Of a stretch of DNA of 64,000 bases, positions 1 to 13,285 are shown piece after piece. The notes under the pieces were generated by a model that was given only the letters and a program-made list of their open reading frames with translations, did no database searches and was not told the DNA's origin. Made by a program: the position numbers and the translations under genes. The stretch comes from Octopus vulgaris (Eukaryota). Positions within the stretch are counted from its first letter, which is position 1. Every line of letters begins with the position of its first letter. The stretch lies in the NCBI GenBank assembly GCA_951406725.2, contig OX597816.1, positions 164,982,001 to 165,046,000 of the forward strand. Direction: 5' to 3'.

Positions 1-285
1 CGGTTTTCTCTGTGAACGGATATTGCGAAAATGTTGATACTAAAAGGAAAGCGGCAAGCTATCAAAAATCGTTGATACGCCGGACGAAATGCTTAGCGGC
101 ATAAATTTTGATTCCAAGTGCCACCACCTAGGTTGACCTCGCTTTTCGTAATTTTGGAGACGATAAAATAAAGTACCAGTAAAGTACGTTGGTGGATGTA
201 ATCGACTTGCTCCCTTCCACAAAAATTGCTGGCCTTGTGCCAAAATTTAAAGGAATTAAATAGAAAACAGAAAAAGGAAACTTAC

Positions 286-419
286 AAGTATAGTTTTCAT
301 ATGTGATGATTTTTTCGATGGCTCTAATCTGTTCATAGCTTTCATTTTTCCTCAAGTCGTATTCACCAACTACAGCTGACCAATAATTGATATCATGAAG
401 ATGGTCGAACACGAACTCC
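286..419 (-). CDS. Serine protease S1A exon following the catalytic His
   Basis: Acceptor tttcatttctggtAG|G (phase 2, completing GA|G) and donor ACTT|GTAAGT. Translation EFVFDHLHDINYWSAVVGEYDLRKNESYEQIRAIEKIITYENYT matches the trypsin-family pattern W.V..G..dl...e..EQ...v.kii.H..Y. The Asp and Ser exons lie left of the window. Confidence 0.9.
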
Positions 420-1140
420 CTACCAGAAATGAAACAACAATAAGGTTAATCTAAAACCACGAGATAAACATAGAATTTTACGCGCTTAAATCTTGTTCAA
501 GTATGAAAGATATTTTAACCGGTAAAGACCTTTGACTACATTTTGTCGTGAAGAAAAGTCTTTCTTTAGATCAAAACGCATTAAAACATCATAGTCAGTT
601 TAGAGCACTTTCTATTGCATTGGTGAATGAATTTCGAACTCGTTATTTCTCTTCAGTACCAGACACCAACAAAGACAACACTGATTTGACAAGAAAACTT
701 TGCTTCCTTTATCGTAAATTAGTCAGTAATATTGGTCTTAAGGTTGTATATAATTAGGCATACTTAATTTCCTTGGAACTAAGCTGGAACTAAAAAATTC
801 TTTTTTACTTCCAGTTTTCTGTCACCATTATCCCAATCTCTGGTAACCATGGTATAAAATTGCGTGACAACCATTTTTTATATGTCAATTGATGTGGCAC
901 TTGTGAAAGTAGGTACATCGTAATCGGAATGAAAAGTTTAATGGAGTTGTTTGGATGTAGATGATTTAGCACAGCTGACTGGACATTCAGCCTTGTTTTG
1001 GCAAGAGAACCTCTTGGCATTCGAGGCAAACACACACCCGCTCATAACCCACATACATGCATTCGCGCGCAGAAATATACACATGCAGATAGAAAGAGTG
1101 AGAGAGAGCGCAAGAAGGAGAGGCATTGCAATTTATAAAC

Positions 1141-1288
1141 ACGGTGTGGCTGTGTGGTAAAAATCTTGCCTGTAATCACATGGTTCCGAGTTCAATCGGC
1201 ACTTTGGGCAAGTGTCTTCTACTATAGCCTCGGGTCGACCGAAGCCTTGTGAGTAGATTTGGTGGACGGAAACTGAAAAGAAGCCCGT

Positions 1289-1347
<59 letters not shown>

Positions 1348-1560
1348 TTATGTGTGTGTGTGCTTGTCACTCTACCATCACTTGATATCCGATGTCGGTG
1401 TGTTTACGTCCCAGTAACTTAGCGGTTCGGTAAAAGAGACGGATAGAATAAATACTAGGCTTACAAAGAATAAGTCCTGGAGTTGATTTGTTCGACTAAA
1501 GGCTGTGCTCCAGCATGGCCGCAGTCAAATGAGTGAAACAAGTAAAAGAATAAAAGACAA
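1141..1560 (+). mobile_element. tRNA-derived CORE-type SINE (family A) with an internal (TA)n(TG)n tract
   Basis: A box TGGCTGTGTGG, B box GAGTTCAATC, CORE-like CTTTGGGCAAGTGTCTT and tail CCAGCATGGCCGCAGTCAAATGAGTGAAACAAGTAAAAGA. Many copies in the window. Confidence 0.85.
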
Positions 1561-1584
1561 AAACCCAGAGAAGATGACTCTGAT

Positions 1585-2010
1585 ATCCGGTGGCTCTGTG
1601 GTTAAGACGCTTGCTTCCCAGTCACATGGTTCTGGGTTCAGTCTCACTGCGTGGAACCTTGGCGAAGTGTTTTTTACTATATCCTCGGGCCGACCAAATG
1701 CTTGTAAGTGAATTTTGTAGACGGAAACTGAAAGAAGCCCGTCGTATATGTATGTATGTGTGCGCGCGCGAGCTCGTGTGCTTGCGAGTCTGTTTGTTCC
1801 CCACCATCGCTTAACAACTGGTGTTGGTGCATTTACGTCAACCGGTGTTGGTGTATAACTTAGCGACTCGGCCAAAGAGACCGATAGAATAACTACCAGG
1901 CTTTAAATATTAAGTACTGAAATCGATTCATTTGATTAAAAGTTCTTCAAAGCGATACCCCAGCATGGCCGTAGTCTAATGCCTAAAACAAGTAAAAGAT
2001 AAAATATAAA
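1585..2010 (+). mobile_element. SINE family A copy
   Basis: Collinear with 1141-1560. Confidence 0.85.
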
Positions 2011-2349
2011 GATACACATAAAAGTGATTTATTTGCTTAGGGTTATGCCATGCGGACAATTTCAAATAAGGATGAAATGGTACTACACATAGATGCCTAT
2101 GGCTAGAAATTTTAAGACCTTTTTAATATGTAGGAAAGAGAAATATTAAATGTGTATGGTCTGTGCCTCTTCATTACTCCTTGATTTAAAATTCAAACGA
2201 GTAATATTCTCCACTAAACGTGATCTAGAAGGGATTGCCTTCCTTATGATAGCTTACCATCAGGGTGCGTCACTTGTACAAAATAAAATTTTATTTCGGA
2301 TTTCTCAGTTAAAATGTATATATATAAATATATATGTATTGAAACTTAC

Positions 2350-2560
2350 TCAAAACAGTGTGCAGCAGATAAGACCCACTGTGGGTGGATTAAAGTGCCA
2401 CCGCAAAGATGTTTGAAACCGGATTTTACTTGGAAAGGATGATTCCCTTCGAAATATAAGGACACCAACCAAGGAAAGTCGCCAGGAAATATTCTGCCGC
2501 CACCAATAACTCTTTTCCTTCTATTGTGACGGTGGTGAAGCTTTCGCCCACAAATCTCAC
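2350..2560 (-). CDS. Serine protease (peptidase S1A) exon: activation site and catalytic His
   Basis: Acceptor ttctcgtttcAG|GT and donor TTTGA|GTAAGT. Translation [69 protein letters not shown] carries the classic VIGG, PWxVSL, CGGxLI and WVLSAAHC motifs. This frame is absent from the ORF track. Confidence 0.96.
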
Positions 2561-2579
2561 CTGAAACGAGAACAAAATT

Positions 2580-2757
2580 TTTAGTGTGTCGGACAAAATG
2601 CTTAGCGGCATTTCTTCTGGATTTACGTTATTATTTCAGATTATGCCGAGGCCGAATTTGCATTTCATTCTTTCGGGGTCGATAAATCAAGTACCAGTGT
2701 AACATTGGGGTCAATGCAATCTCACAAATTTCAGGCCTTGTGCCTTTAGTAGAAAGG

Positions 2758-2760
<3 letters not shown>
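2580..2760 (+). mobile_element. tRNA-derived SINE family B (Meta-domain-like), with its tail running into (TTA)n
   Basis: Contains CATTTCATTCTTTCGGGGTCGATAAATCAAGTACCAG and tail CCTTGTGCCTTTAGTAGAAAGGATTATT. Other copies at about 80-255, 12485-12700, 16560-16720(-), 17470-17640 and 53740-53975. Confidence 0.8.
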
Positions 2761-2818
<58 letters not shown>

Positions 2819-2829
2819 GTATTAGTATT

Positions 2830-5110
2830 ATTCAGTAATATATTTTTTATATCGTGCTTTCACTTCACTACCGAGCGCAGCTCTGTGTGCCTTGGGTATG
2901 TGCTGTGATTTGTTGTGATGCTCTGATGGTTATTGTATGGAAAGTGTTCTGCGTAGTATGTGTGCAGTGCCTAGTAGTGCAATTTTCTGTATGTTATATG
3001 TGTTTGTAAGTCCTGGTGTTTTTGTTATGTATTTGTCTGAATGTTTTTTTATCATGCCTAATACACCTATTATGATGGGAATTGTTTCTGCTTTTAGATT
3101 CCACATTCTGGTTACCTCTATTTCCAGGTCTTTGTATTTTGAAAGTTTCTCCATTTCTTTTAGAGACACGTTGTCATCCGCTGGCATTGATGCATTAATT
3201 AGAAAACATTTTTTTTCTTCATGATCTCTGACAACTATATCTGGTCTGTTGGCCTTAATTTCTCTATCTGTCTGTATTGGCATATCCCAGAGTATGGTTG
3301 CTTTCTCGTTTTCTGTGAACTTTTATGTTGTGTGCCTATACCATCTTTTTTCTGTTGTTATTCCATAATGTTGGCATAGCTTCCATTGTATATAGGTCCC
3401 AACTCTGAATATATTCCCTCTTAGCCAGGACTGGGCAGCCAGAGATAATATGATTTATTGTTTCTTGTCCATCTCCACATATTCTGCAGTTACTTGTTAT
3501 ATTTCTTTTCATTATATGTTTTTGGTAATTTCTGGTGGGGAGGCTTTGGTCTTGTGCTTCAATTAAAAATCCTTCTGTCTCTGCTTTGAGTCCTGAGCTT
3601 CTCAACCATTGTTGGGATTTTCTTTATCTATTTCTTTTGCATTTAGTTTAGTCCGGTATTTGCCATGAAGGGGCTTTTCTTGCCATCGTTTTATCATGGT
3701 TCGTTGCTGTTCTATTTTTAGTTTGGATTTCATTTGTTTTATAGCTTTTCTTCTTCTTCTTCTTCTTCTTCTTCTTCTTCTTCTTCTTCTTCTTCTTCTT
3801 CTTCTTCTTCTTCTTCTTCTTCTTCTTCTTCTTCTTCTTCTTCTTCTTCTTTGTTAGGTGGTATGATGTCTTGTTTGTATTTGTCAGCTTCCTTAAATAC
3901 TGAGAACAGTTTTTTGTTTTGCTCGTGTTTTGCCGCTATTTGTATCAGTTTTCCTTCCTTCTGAAGTAGATATTTTTGCAGTCCTATGGTGTTTATTTTA
4001 TAGTAGTTTTCCAGCTGTATAAGGCCTCTACCACCATCTATACGTTGTATATATAGCCTTTCTATGTCAGATTTTGGGTGATGCATCCTAGATCCTGTCA
4101 TTATTTTTCTTGTTTTCCTATCTATTTTGGTCAGTTCATTTAGTGTCCAGTTAAGGATATTGTAGCTGTAACTTATAACTGGGACAGCTAAAGTGTTGAT
4201 ACCTATTATCTTGTTTTTAGCATTGAGCTCTGTTTTCAGTATTGATCTAACTCGTCTGTAATATTCTTTTTTTTATTTTCTCTTTCATTTGTGTGTGTTG
4301 TGTCTTATCTAGTTCATGGATTCCTAAGTATTTGTAAGTTTGGCTTTGGTCTAATTCTTTTATTTCATTGGTTTTATCTAGTGTGGTGTTGCTACTCATA
4401 ATTAGTTTTCCTCTTTTCAGGGTTACTTTGGCGCATTTTTCTAATCCAAATTTCATATATATTTCTTTGGTAAATCCATGAACTGTCTTTAGTAGTGTTT
4501 CCAGCTGTTTGTCATTTGTAGCGTATAGTTTTAGGTCATCCATACATAAAAGGTGGCTGATCGTTTTGCCGTAACGTTTATATCTGCATCCAGTTCTGTT
4601 TAGCATATCCGATAGAGGTGACAGTGGCAAGCAGAAAAGGAGTGGAGAGAGCGTATCTCCCTGGAATATTCCTCTTCTAATGGGGATGGCTTTGGTTTTC
4701 ACAAGTCCCTCTTTTGTTTGGCGCTGTAGCACTGTTTGCCATTTATTCATAGAGTGTCCTATGTACTTTATAATTGTTGGTGCAACTTTGTTCATGGCTA
4801 GTGTTTCGAGAATCCCTGTGTGGGGGATGCTATCAAACGCCTTTTTGTAGTCGATCCAGGCCATACAGGTTATAGGTCTGTAGTTTTCTGGTTTTGCTGT
4901 CTCATTCTATTTGGGAATTAAGATGGTTTTCCCCTTCGTGAGCCATTCAGGCATTGTCTCTGGCTCTGCCAGTATGTTGTTAAAATTTTCAGCCAGCTTT
5001 TCGTGCATTCCTGTTAGATATTTCAACCAGAATTTGGGGATCTTGTCATGCCCAGGTGCCTTCCAGTTGCTTAGTCTTTGCAGTGCCTGGGTGACCTCTT
5101 CAGTTGTTAT
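2830..5110 (-). mobile_element. R4/Dong-type non-LTR retrotransposon, family A, 5'-truncated and degenerate
   Basis: Broken ORFs give RT motifs (WIDYKKAFD, QGDTLSP, MDDLKLY), a CCHC knuckle (CRICG..ETINHIISGC) and an RLE nuclease (RPDIVV..K..KY). The 3' end abuts (TAA)n. There is an internal deletion near 4866 and an expanded (GAA)n at 3748-3850. Confidence 0.93.
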
Positions 5111-5219
5111 TCTTCTTCTTCTTCTTCTTCTTCTTCTTCTTCTTCTTCTTCTTCTTCTTCTTCTTCTTCTTCTTCTTCTTCTTCTTCTTCTTCTTCTTCT
5201 TCTTCTTCTTCTTCTTCTT

Positions 5220-5290
<71 letters not shown>

Positions 5291-5291
<1 letters not shown>

Positions 5292-8200
5292 TTTTTTTTT
5301 TTTCTTCTTTCAAATTTGCTTCCATTTCTTGCCGAGTGTCTTCCCGACTCCTAGGGCAAAGAAACTCATAGTATACATTGGCAGGCCATTAAACCAAACT
5401 CAGTAGTTCGTTCTTTTTTTTTTTTTTTTTTTTTTAAAGTTAAATTAAAATACATGAGCAGCAACAGTTCTCACATCGACAATGCTCTTCTCAATACGTG
5501 TGATGTACCAGTTAAGACAATCTTTTGCACTTCTTGCAGGGATGGTAAGCCAGGGATCATTCTCATATAATTTTCGGTTCCCTTCTTGATCATTCCTAGT
5601 GCTCCTACGATCACTGGTATTGTAACCGCCTTGAGATGCCACATTTTCTCAATTTCAATGAGTAGGTCTTTATATTTTCTGAGCTTGTCAAACTCTTTCG
5701 CTGAGATATTATGATCACAGGGGATGCTCATGTCGATCAATAAGCAAACTTTATTGTTTTGGTCTTTCACAACAATATCTGGTTTATTGGCCTTGATGGT
5801 TCGGTCTGTATGTACTGGAAAGTCCCACAGAATGGTTACATTTTCTCCTTCAGTTACAGCCTCAGGGTGGTGATTATACCACTTGTCGGCAGTTTTGATA
5901 TTGTAATGCCGACTTATTAGCCAGTGGAGATATTGGCCAACTCTGTCATGTCTTAATTTATACTCCACTGGTGCTAAGACTTTACATCCAGAGATTAGGT
6001 GGTCCACTGTTTCAATCATGTCGTTGCAGAATCGGCATTTTGGATCTGCTCCATTTTTCATCACATTGGCCTGGTAGTTCCGGGTTAATAGGCTTTGATC
6101 TTGAGCAGCCAGGATGAAACCTTGGCTCTCTGCTTTTAGCCCTGAGCTCCGTAGCCACTGATGGGTTTGCTTCTGGTCAACATCAGCTTGTTTGCTGTGG
6201 GTCACATATTTGCCGTGCAGAGGCTTCTCCTCCCACCTATCAGCCAATTGCTCGTGCGCTTTTTTCATTGCCATCATTTTTACCTTCTTTGCAACAATAG
6301 TTGCCGTACTTCCCTCGGGTTGTTCAGTTTGGGAATCCTGCACGAGATCAATAGCAAATTTTTTGCTTTCCTTTATGATTGAATGAAGCTTCTTTCGTCT
6401 CTCGTGATTTTCCACGAGCTTTAGCATCCAGTCATTCGATATTTCGAGATATTTGGCCAGTCCAATTGTGGTTGTTTTGTAAGCTAGTTCAAATTGGATC
6501 AGGCCTCGACCTCCTTGGGCTCTGGGGAGGTAAAGGCGATCTACGTCTGCCTTTGGGTGGTGCATCCTATTACAACTCAGCAGCTTGCGTATTTTCCTAT
6601 CTATATTCTTTACTTCACTCATATTCCAGTTCAACACATTGTAGCTATAAGTAACAACTGGAACTGCTAAGGAATTTATAGCTAACACCTTGTTACGTGC
6701 ATTTAGTTCAGATTTCAGGACTGCACGAACTCTCCTATAACATTCCTTCCTGATTTTCTCTTTCATGCTTGCATGCTGAATACCAGAGCCTTCATTTATC
6801 CCTAAATATTTGTATGTTTGTTCTTGCTCAAGCTCTCTTATGACTGTGTCAACATCTAACACGACTGAATTTGTGGTCTTCACTTTCCCTTTCTGGAAAG
6901 TGGCCTTGGCACACTTCTCAAGTCCAAACTCCATCCCGATGTCATCGCTGAATGCTTTCACGGTGCGCAATAGGCCTTCACGTTCATTATTGTCTTTACC
7001 ATAAAGTTTTAAGTCATCCATATAAAATAGATGGCTTATTTTTTTATTGGCAATTTTATACCCATACCCTGTTCTGTTTAATTCACTTGTAATGGGTATT
7101 AGGACTATGCAGAATATTAAAGGTGAAAGTGAGTCACCTTGAAAAATTCCACAGTTGATGTTTATATTTTCTGAGGCAAGTACTCCATTAGAGTGGTATA
7201 ATTGGAGATTCGTATTCCACAACGACATATTGTGCTTCAGGAAGTTTGAAATCACAGGGGAAATTTTGAAGATGTCCTCCGATCTCAAGATCCATGGATG
7301 CGGTATACTGTCGAAGGACTTTTTATAGTCAATCCATGCGGTGCTGAGATTTCTACGCTTGTTGTGACAGTTCTCAAGGATCATACGATTGATTAGCAGT
7401 TGATCTTTGCATCCGTAAGAGCCTCGGCGGCACCCTTTTTGTTCAATGGGGAAAATATCGTTCTTCTCCATGAATGCATATGTTTTCTCCGCCAGGATAG
7501 ATGTTAGGATTTTATACGTGGTGGATAGACAGGTTATAGGCCGATAGTTTTTTGGAAGGTTGGTTTCGTTATTCTTTGGGAGTAGGTAAGTAATGCCACT
7601 TGCTAACCATTCAGGTGTTTTCTTTGGGTCTCTCATAATTCCGTTGAGCAGCTGAACTAGCTTACCGTGTGCGCATGGGAGCGATGCGAGCCAGAAATTT
7701 GGCACCCTATCTTTACCGGGGGATTTCCAATTATGGGCCTTCGTGAGTGCCTTTCTTAGGTCTGCTATTGTGATGTCTTCCCATGCTTGTTGTTGTAAAT
7801 TTTGGTAGGATCCTTCAGTTTGTATAATCCAGTCTGCATTTATGTTGTACGTCTTCTTGTCACTCCAAATCCTTTTCCAAAAGTTTTGAACTTCTTCCAT
7901 GGGAGGGGGGTCTTTAACGGTTACTTTCTCCTTCCCTATTTCTCTGTAGAATTTTTTGGCATTAGATGTGAACAGCTTATTTTGCTTGTAAAACTTGTTT
8001 CTCTTCTCAAATATTCGTATTATTTGGGCTTTTGCTTGGACTTTTTGTTTCAGCGTTTCTTTTATTGATATCAGTTCTTCTCTTGGTGAGGATCCAAATT
8101 TTCTCTTCATCTTTCTTCCTGTTCTGGATCTTACATCATTTCCACATATTAGTTCATTTAATATTGATATTTCCCCTCTCATAAATTCAATCTCTTTTTC

Positions 8201-9763
8201 AATTTTACTTCTCCAGGTTTGATTTCTTCCCAGGTTTTGTTTTCTTTGTTTTTTCGGGGGCATACAGCTGGTTTCAATTGCCCTAGCAGAAGGGTAAATA
8301 ATTTCATTTAACTCAGTAAAATCAGGTTTTAATTCTCGTATTATTTCATTTGTTACATAGTTGCCAATTTGGATTTGTTTTTTATTTTGGTTTGTATTTG
8401 AGAGTTTATGAAGTGGTTCTCTATCATTCATACTTGTATGTCTTACAACTCTGTGTTCTTCAGCAAATGCGAGATCTTCAGTTACTGTTGTTTTTTCGTT
8501 TTCCTGGCTATCTTTAACAAGTACAATAGAATTTCTTGTATCTTCAGGCCTTTGCGTACTTTGGTCTGATGGCAGTCTTTCAATTAAGCCTCGTGGCGGG
8601 CTATACTGTTCACCTGATTCTTCATTTCCTTTGTGTCTTATATTTATGTCATTTTCCGTTGCGTGCTTGATCGCGCTTATTTCACTGTCTGTGAGTCTGT
8701 TATTTCTAAGGATATCCCTCCTCACATTTGCTAATTTGTTCTCGTCCAAATAGGGCCTACTGTCTTGATTCCGTGTTCTCCATATACTGTGAGAGTTTGC
8801 GGTGTGTCTCTCTTGAGATGGCCTACCTAATGCATAGTAATAAGCGTATATTACTTCTTTATACTCTTCTCGGGTCCATTTGTTCCGCTTACATTTTCTT
8901 TCTGTGGTGGTTGTGGTGGTGAACTTGGAGGGCTCGAGTTGGGGGATTTCCCGTTCAAGTGACCATCCATGTCCGTATTCGGAGAAGAGTTTGTGCCAGT
9001 TGATGACTTTTCGATCCCAGGCTGGCTCTTCCCTGGGGGACGCGCTTCCAGATTAACCATAGGACAAGCGATTTGGTATACTGATTTAGTTTTCTAAAAA
9101 CATTTTGGTGCTACGATAATGTTATCATTTTATAGCTTTGATTGGCTCGTGGGGAGACGGCCATCATTGCCGTTACAATTATAATCGTACCATTATAGCA
9201 GCCGTAGTCGGCTTATTATTGTTATTATCATCACCATTATTATCACTATCATCATTATCACCACCATTACCATCATCATTATCATCATCACCATCACCAT
9301 CACCACCATCATCATCAATGATATTGTTTTATGTGTAGTCACAGCAGTATCTTATTATTGTTATTTTTGTTTTTTTATCATTATCACCATCACAGTAGTG
9401 TCTGTCTGTATCGTTGGCTGGCTTGGTGGTTGGTTGGCTGACTGTCTTCAACGCCAGAGTTCTTGCCTGTCAAATAATACTTTCATATTTGGTTAACAAT
9501 AGAGCCGAGGTGAGGTTTGTGTTGGTTGAACTCTTTGAGTGTGTGTGTGTGTAGATAGATAGATAGATTATCAGCACTATTATTATCATTATTATCATCA
9601 TCACCATCACCATCAGTGATATTTTTTTTTTTTTTTAGGTGGGGTCCTATCGGTCAAAAAAAATTCAGATGTTTACTACTATTAGGCTTAAGAAAAATTA
9701 AGGGAGAGCTGTTCTGTATTGTTTGTGAATAGAGAAGTTGTGTTCGACCAGAGAGAATCTTAG
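5291..9763 (-). mobile_element. Apparently full-length R4/Dong RLE-LINE, family C
   Basis: 3'UTR at about 5291-5470, ORF 5471 to about 9060, and a 5'UTR of about 700 bp. Flanked on both sides by (TAA)n/(TGA)n. Confidence 0.93.
5471..9060 (-). CDS. R4/Dong polyprotein: reverse transcriptase, CCHC zinc knuckle and restriction-like endonuclease
   Basis: 1092 aa uninterrupted, with NYRPITCL, QGDSLSP, YMDD, CRFC..HLISGC, RHD and KPDIVV..ID..K..KY. The frame stays open upstream of 8749 (KRNKWTREEYKEVIYAYY). The ATG at 9060 is in another frame, implying one frameshift near 8900. Confidence 0.92.
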
Positions 9764-9768
9764 CATCA

Positions 9769-9856
<88 letters not shown>

Positions 9857-9858
<2 letters not shown>

Positions 9859-11733
9859 TATGTTTGACTTTTGCTTTATATTTGTACAAGTTGGCTCCAA
9901 GTCTCACCCAGAGACCTCAAGAGACAACAGGGTTGGAAGTTCATGTTGTTGTTATGCCTAGTGTGCCATATATTTGGGGGGTGGGGATGTTGTACTAATG
10001 AATGTCTAAAAAAAAAAAAAAAAGGTTTTTTTTTTTTTTTTTTTTTTAAACCGAAAATTATGTTTGTTTTAAACCTTGAGATTACATAGAGTATTTTGCG
10101 TAGGATATGAGCAGTTCCCATGAGCACTATCTTTTGAACTTCTGCCATTTTTGGGTTTCCTGGTATCTGAGTTAGGTAGCTATCAGCCCCTTTTGCTATC
10201 ATTCCCAGGGCACCTATGACAACAGGTATTGTTTTAGTCTTCAGCTTCCACATTTTGCTGATTTCTATTTCAAGATCTTTATATTTGCTCAGTTTTTGGT
10301 AGGTCTTGACAGATACGTTTATATCGATTGGGACAGTCATATCAATGAGGAGGCATGTTCTTTGTTTGAAGTTTTTCAATATGATGTCTGGCCTATTTGC
10401 ATCTATCTTCCTGTCAGTTTGAATGGTGAAGTTCCAGAGGAGTGAGATGTGGTCATTTTCAAGCACTGGGGGTGGTTTGTGTTCCCACCAGTTTTTTTCA
10501 TGGGGCAAATCCAGGTTTTTACAGATTACCCAGTGAATATATTGTGCAGCTCTATCGTGCCTGTTGAGATACTCTGTAGGCGCTAGAAGACTGCACTTGG
10601 AGACCACATGGTCAATGGTTTCATTTTGTTGCTTGCATACACGACACGTTGGACTGCTTCTGATCTTTAATATGTTGGCCTGGTAGTTTCTTGTTGGTAG
10701 GCATTGATCTTGAGCTGCTATGATAAACCCCTCTGTTTCAGATTTTAAGCCAGAGGCCATTAGCCATTGATGGGTCAGGGCTTTGTCGATATCTGCATTA
10801 TTCGCTCTCTTTGGGTATTTGCCATAGAGAGGTTTTTCTTGCCATTTATTATTCAGAATATCTAAGGCCGCAGTTTTGGCACGGGTTTTCATGCGCCTAG
10901 CTTTTTCTGTGCTTGTTTCTTGTATATCTATCTCTAATTCCGAAATTGGTTGTATTTGGAATTCACTTAGATATTCCTTTGCCTGTTTTGTGACTGAGTA
11001 TGATGCTTTCTTGTTTTCATGTTTTGAGACAAGTTTTAGCATCCAGTCCTCAGAGTTTTTCAGGTAGGTGTCTAGGCCAATTGTAGCAATCTTCATTGTT
11101 ATTGCCAGTTGCAAAAGACCACGGCCTCCCTCTTTTCTTGGCAGATAGAGTCGTTCTGTATCTGCCTTAGGGTGGTGCATTCTATGCATTGTCAACAGTT
11201 TCCTTATTTTTCTGTCGAGCTGACATATTTCAGTAATTGACCAGTTAACAATATTGAAACTGTAAGTCACGACTGGTATAGCTAATGCATTGATTGCTTC
11301 GATCCTGTTTCTTGCATTCAGCTCTGTCTTGAGTATTGCTCTCACTCTTCGATAGCATTCTCTCCTGATCCTTTCCTTCATCTCTGAATGCCTTATTCCG
11401 TTCCCTTCAATTATCCCTAGGTACTTGTAGCTCTCCGCTGGGTCTAGTTCTTTTATGACATTCTGTTGGTCAAGGTTAACGTTAGATGTTTCTGTCATTT
11501 TTCCTTTGATAAAGGTAGCCTTTGCACATTTATCGAGGCCGAATTGCATTCTGATGTCGTCACTGAATTGTTTGACTATCGCTAGTAAGCCCTTGAGTTG
11601 TTGATCATTTTTTGCAAAAAGCTTTAAATCATCCATGTAAACGAGATGATTTATATTTTTATCAAACATTTTATACCCGTACTGCGCGTCATTGAGCAGC
11701 TTTGAGAGAGGTATTAAGGATAAACAAAAGAGG

Positions 11734-11737
<4 letters not shown>
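9857..11737 (-). mobile_element. R4/Dong LINE, family B, 5'-truncated
   Basis: 597-aa ORF with YMDD, CRVC..HVVSKC, RHD and RPDII..ID..KY. Both ends are embedded in (TAA)n. Confidence 0.93.
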
Positions 11738-11798
<61 letters not shown>

Positions 11799-11799
<1 letters not shown>

Positions 11800-12352
11800 G
11801 AGTGAGAGAGCAGTGCATGCCATCAAAGTGACACTGGGATAAATATACGAAGCCCAGTATACCCATCATGACTACCCGTCTGATAAGGGTACACTAGACA
11901 CATGCATCACAACCATATGTGCACAACATGGTGATCTCATATCAAGATAAACAGCACTTGACCTTGCAGGTGGGGCCCAGTTAGAATTTTCTTCTGGTCG
12001 AATAACCCATCCCGCTCAAAAGGTTCCTGAATAAGGGTTGTTTAAGGATGTTGAGCGAAACACCCATGTTTCCAGAGGTGAATTATCCAAACCCCAAATA
12101 ATCCCTCTCAACACATGGCTATGATGCTCCCCACTACTTCTACTCGTGATCAGCGATGCACATATCGCCAGCCGCTAAGGGACATGCTTAACTAGTTAAG
12201 GTCAAATAACTGACCAGCAAATCTGTGGTATGAGCAGAATATTTGCTGTAGCCCATCTTTTATACCAAGACAAAACAATGTACATGATAACACTTCCAAT
12301 CAGTTAAGATCAGAAGCCATGAGAGCCACTGCCTGGTACTGCATCAGAGGAC
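11799..12352 (-). mobile_element. Non-coding ~550-bp (TAA)n-inserted repeat, copy 1
   Basis: Highly similar to 12723-13197. The copies share the left (3') end next to (TAA)n. No ORF and no clear tRNA head. Confidence 0.7.
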
Positions 12353-12383
12353 TTATTATTATCATTATTATTATCATTATTAA

Positions 12384-12483
<100 letters not shown>

Positions 12484-12722
12484 CAGGGGGTGAGATGGCA
12501 GAATCGTTAGCACGTCAGCCAAAATGTTTAGCGGCTTTTCGTCCATCTTTACGTTCTGAGTTCAAATTCCGCCGAGATCCAATTTGCCTTTGACCCTTCG
12601 GAGTCGATAAAATAAGTATCAGTGAAATACTGGAGTTGATGTTATCGACTAGCCCCTCCCTCACAATTTCAGAACTTGTGCCGAGAGTAGAAAGGATTAT
12701 TATTATCATTATTATTATTATT

Positions 12723-13197
12723 GAGTGAGAGAGCAGTGCATGCCATCAAAGTGACACTGGGGTAAAATATACGAAGCCCAATATACCCATCATGACTACT
12801 CGTCTGATAAAGGTACACCAGGCACATGCATCACAACCATATGTGCGCGACATGGTGATCTCATATCAAGATAAACAGCACATGACCTTGCAGGTGGGGC
12901 CCAGTTAGAATTTTCTTCAGGTTGAGTAGCCCATCCCGCTCAAACGGTCCCTGAATAAGGGTTGTTTAAGGATGTTGAAAAAACCACCCATGTTTCCAGA
13001 GGTGAATTATTCAAACCCCAAAGAATCCCTCTCAACACATGGCTATGATGCTCCCCCACTACTTCTGCTCGTGATCAGAGATGCACATATCGTCAGCCTC
13101 TAAGGGACATGCTCAACTGGTTAAGGTCAAGCAACTGACAAGCAAATCTGTGGTATTGAGCAGAATATTTGCTGTAGCCCATCTTTTATACCAAGAC
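12723..13197 (-). mobile_element. Non-coding (TAA)n-inserted repeat, copy 2 (shorter at the right, presumed 5', end)
   Basis: Same left end as copy 1 (GAGTGAGAGAGCAGTGCATGCC) and about 80 bp shorter at the right end. Confidence 0.7.

Positions 13198-13285
<88 letters not shown>

Noticed and set aside
548-1035. ORFs 548-757(+) and 805-1035(-) inside the protease intron
   Set aside because: They show no recognisable motif. The flanking exons already join in phase and give a normal S1A sequence without them.
2426-2611. Track [11 protein letters not shown]...
   Set aside because: This is the wrong frame. The real exon is read in another frame between splice sites 2560 and 2350.
12325-12350. CCTGGTACTGCA resembles U2 snRNA stem-loop IV
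   Set aside because: The match is about 12 nt, with no other U2 features such as the branch-site pairing region or Sm site.
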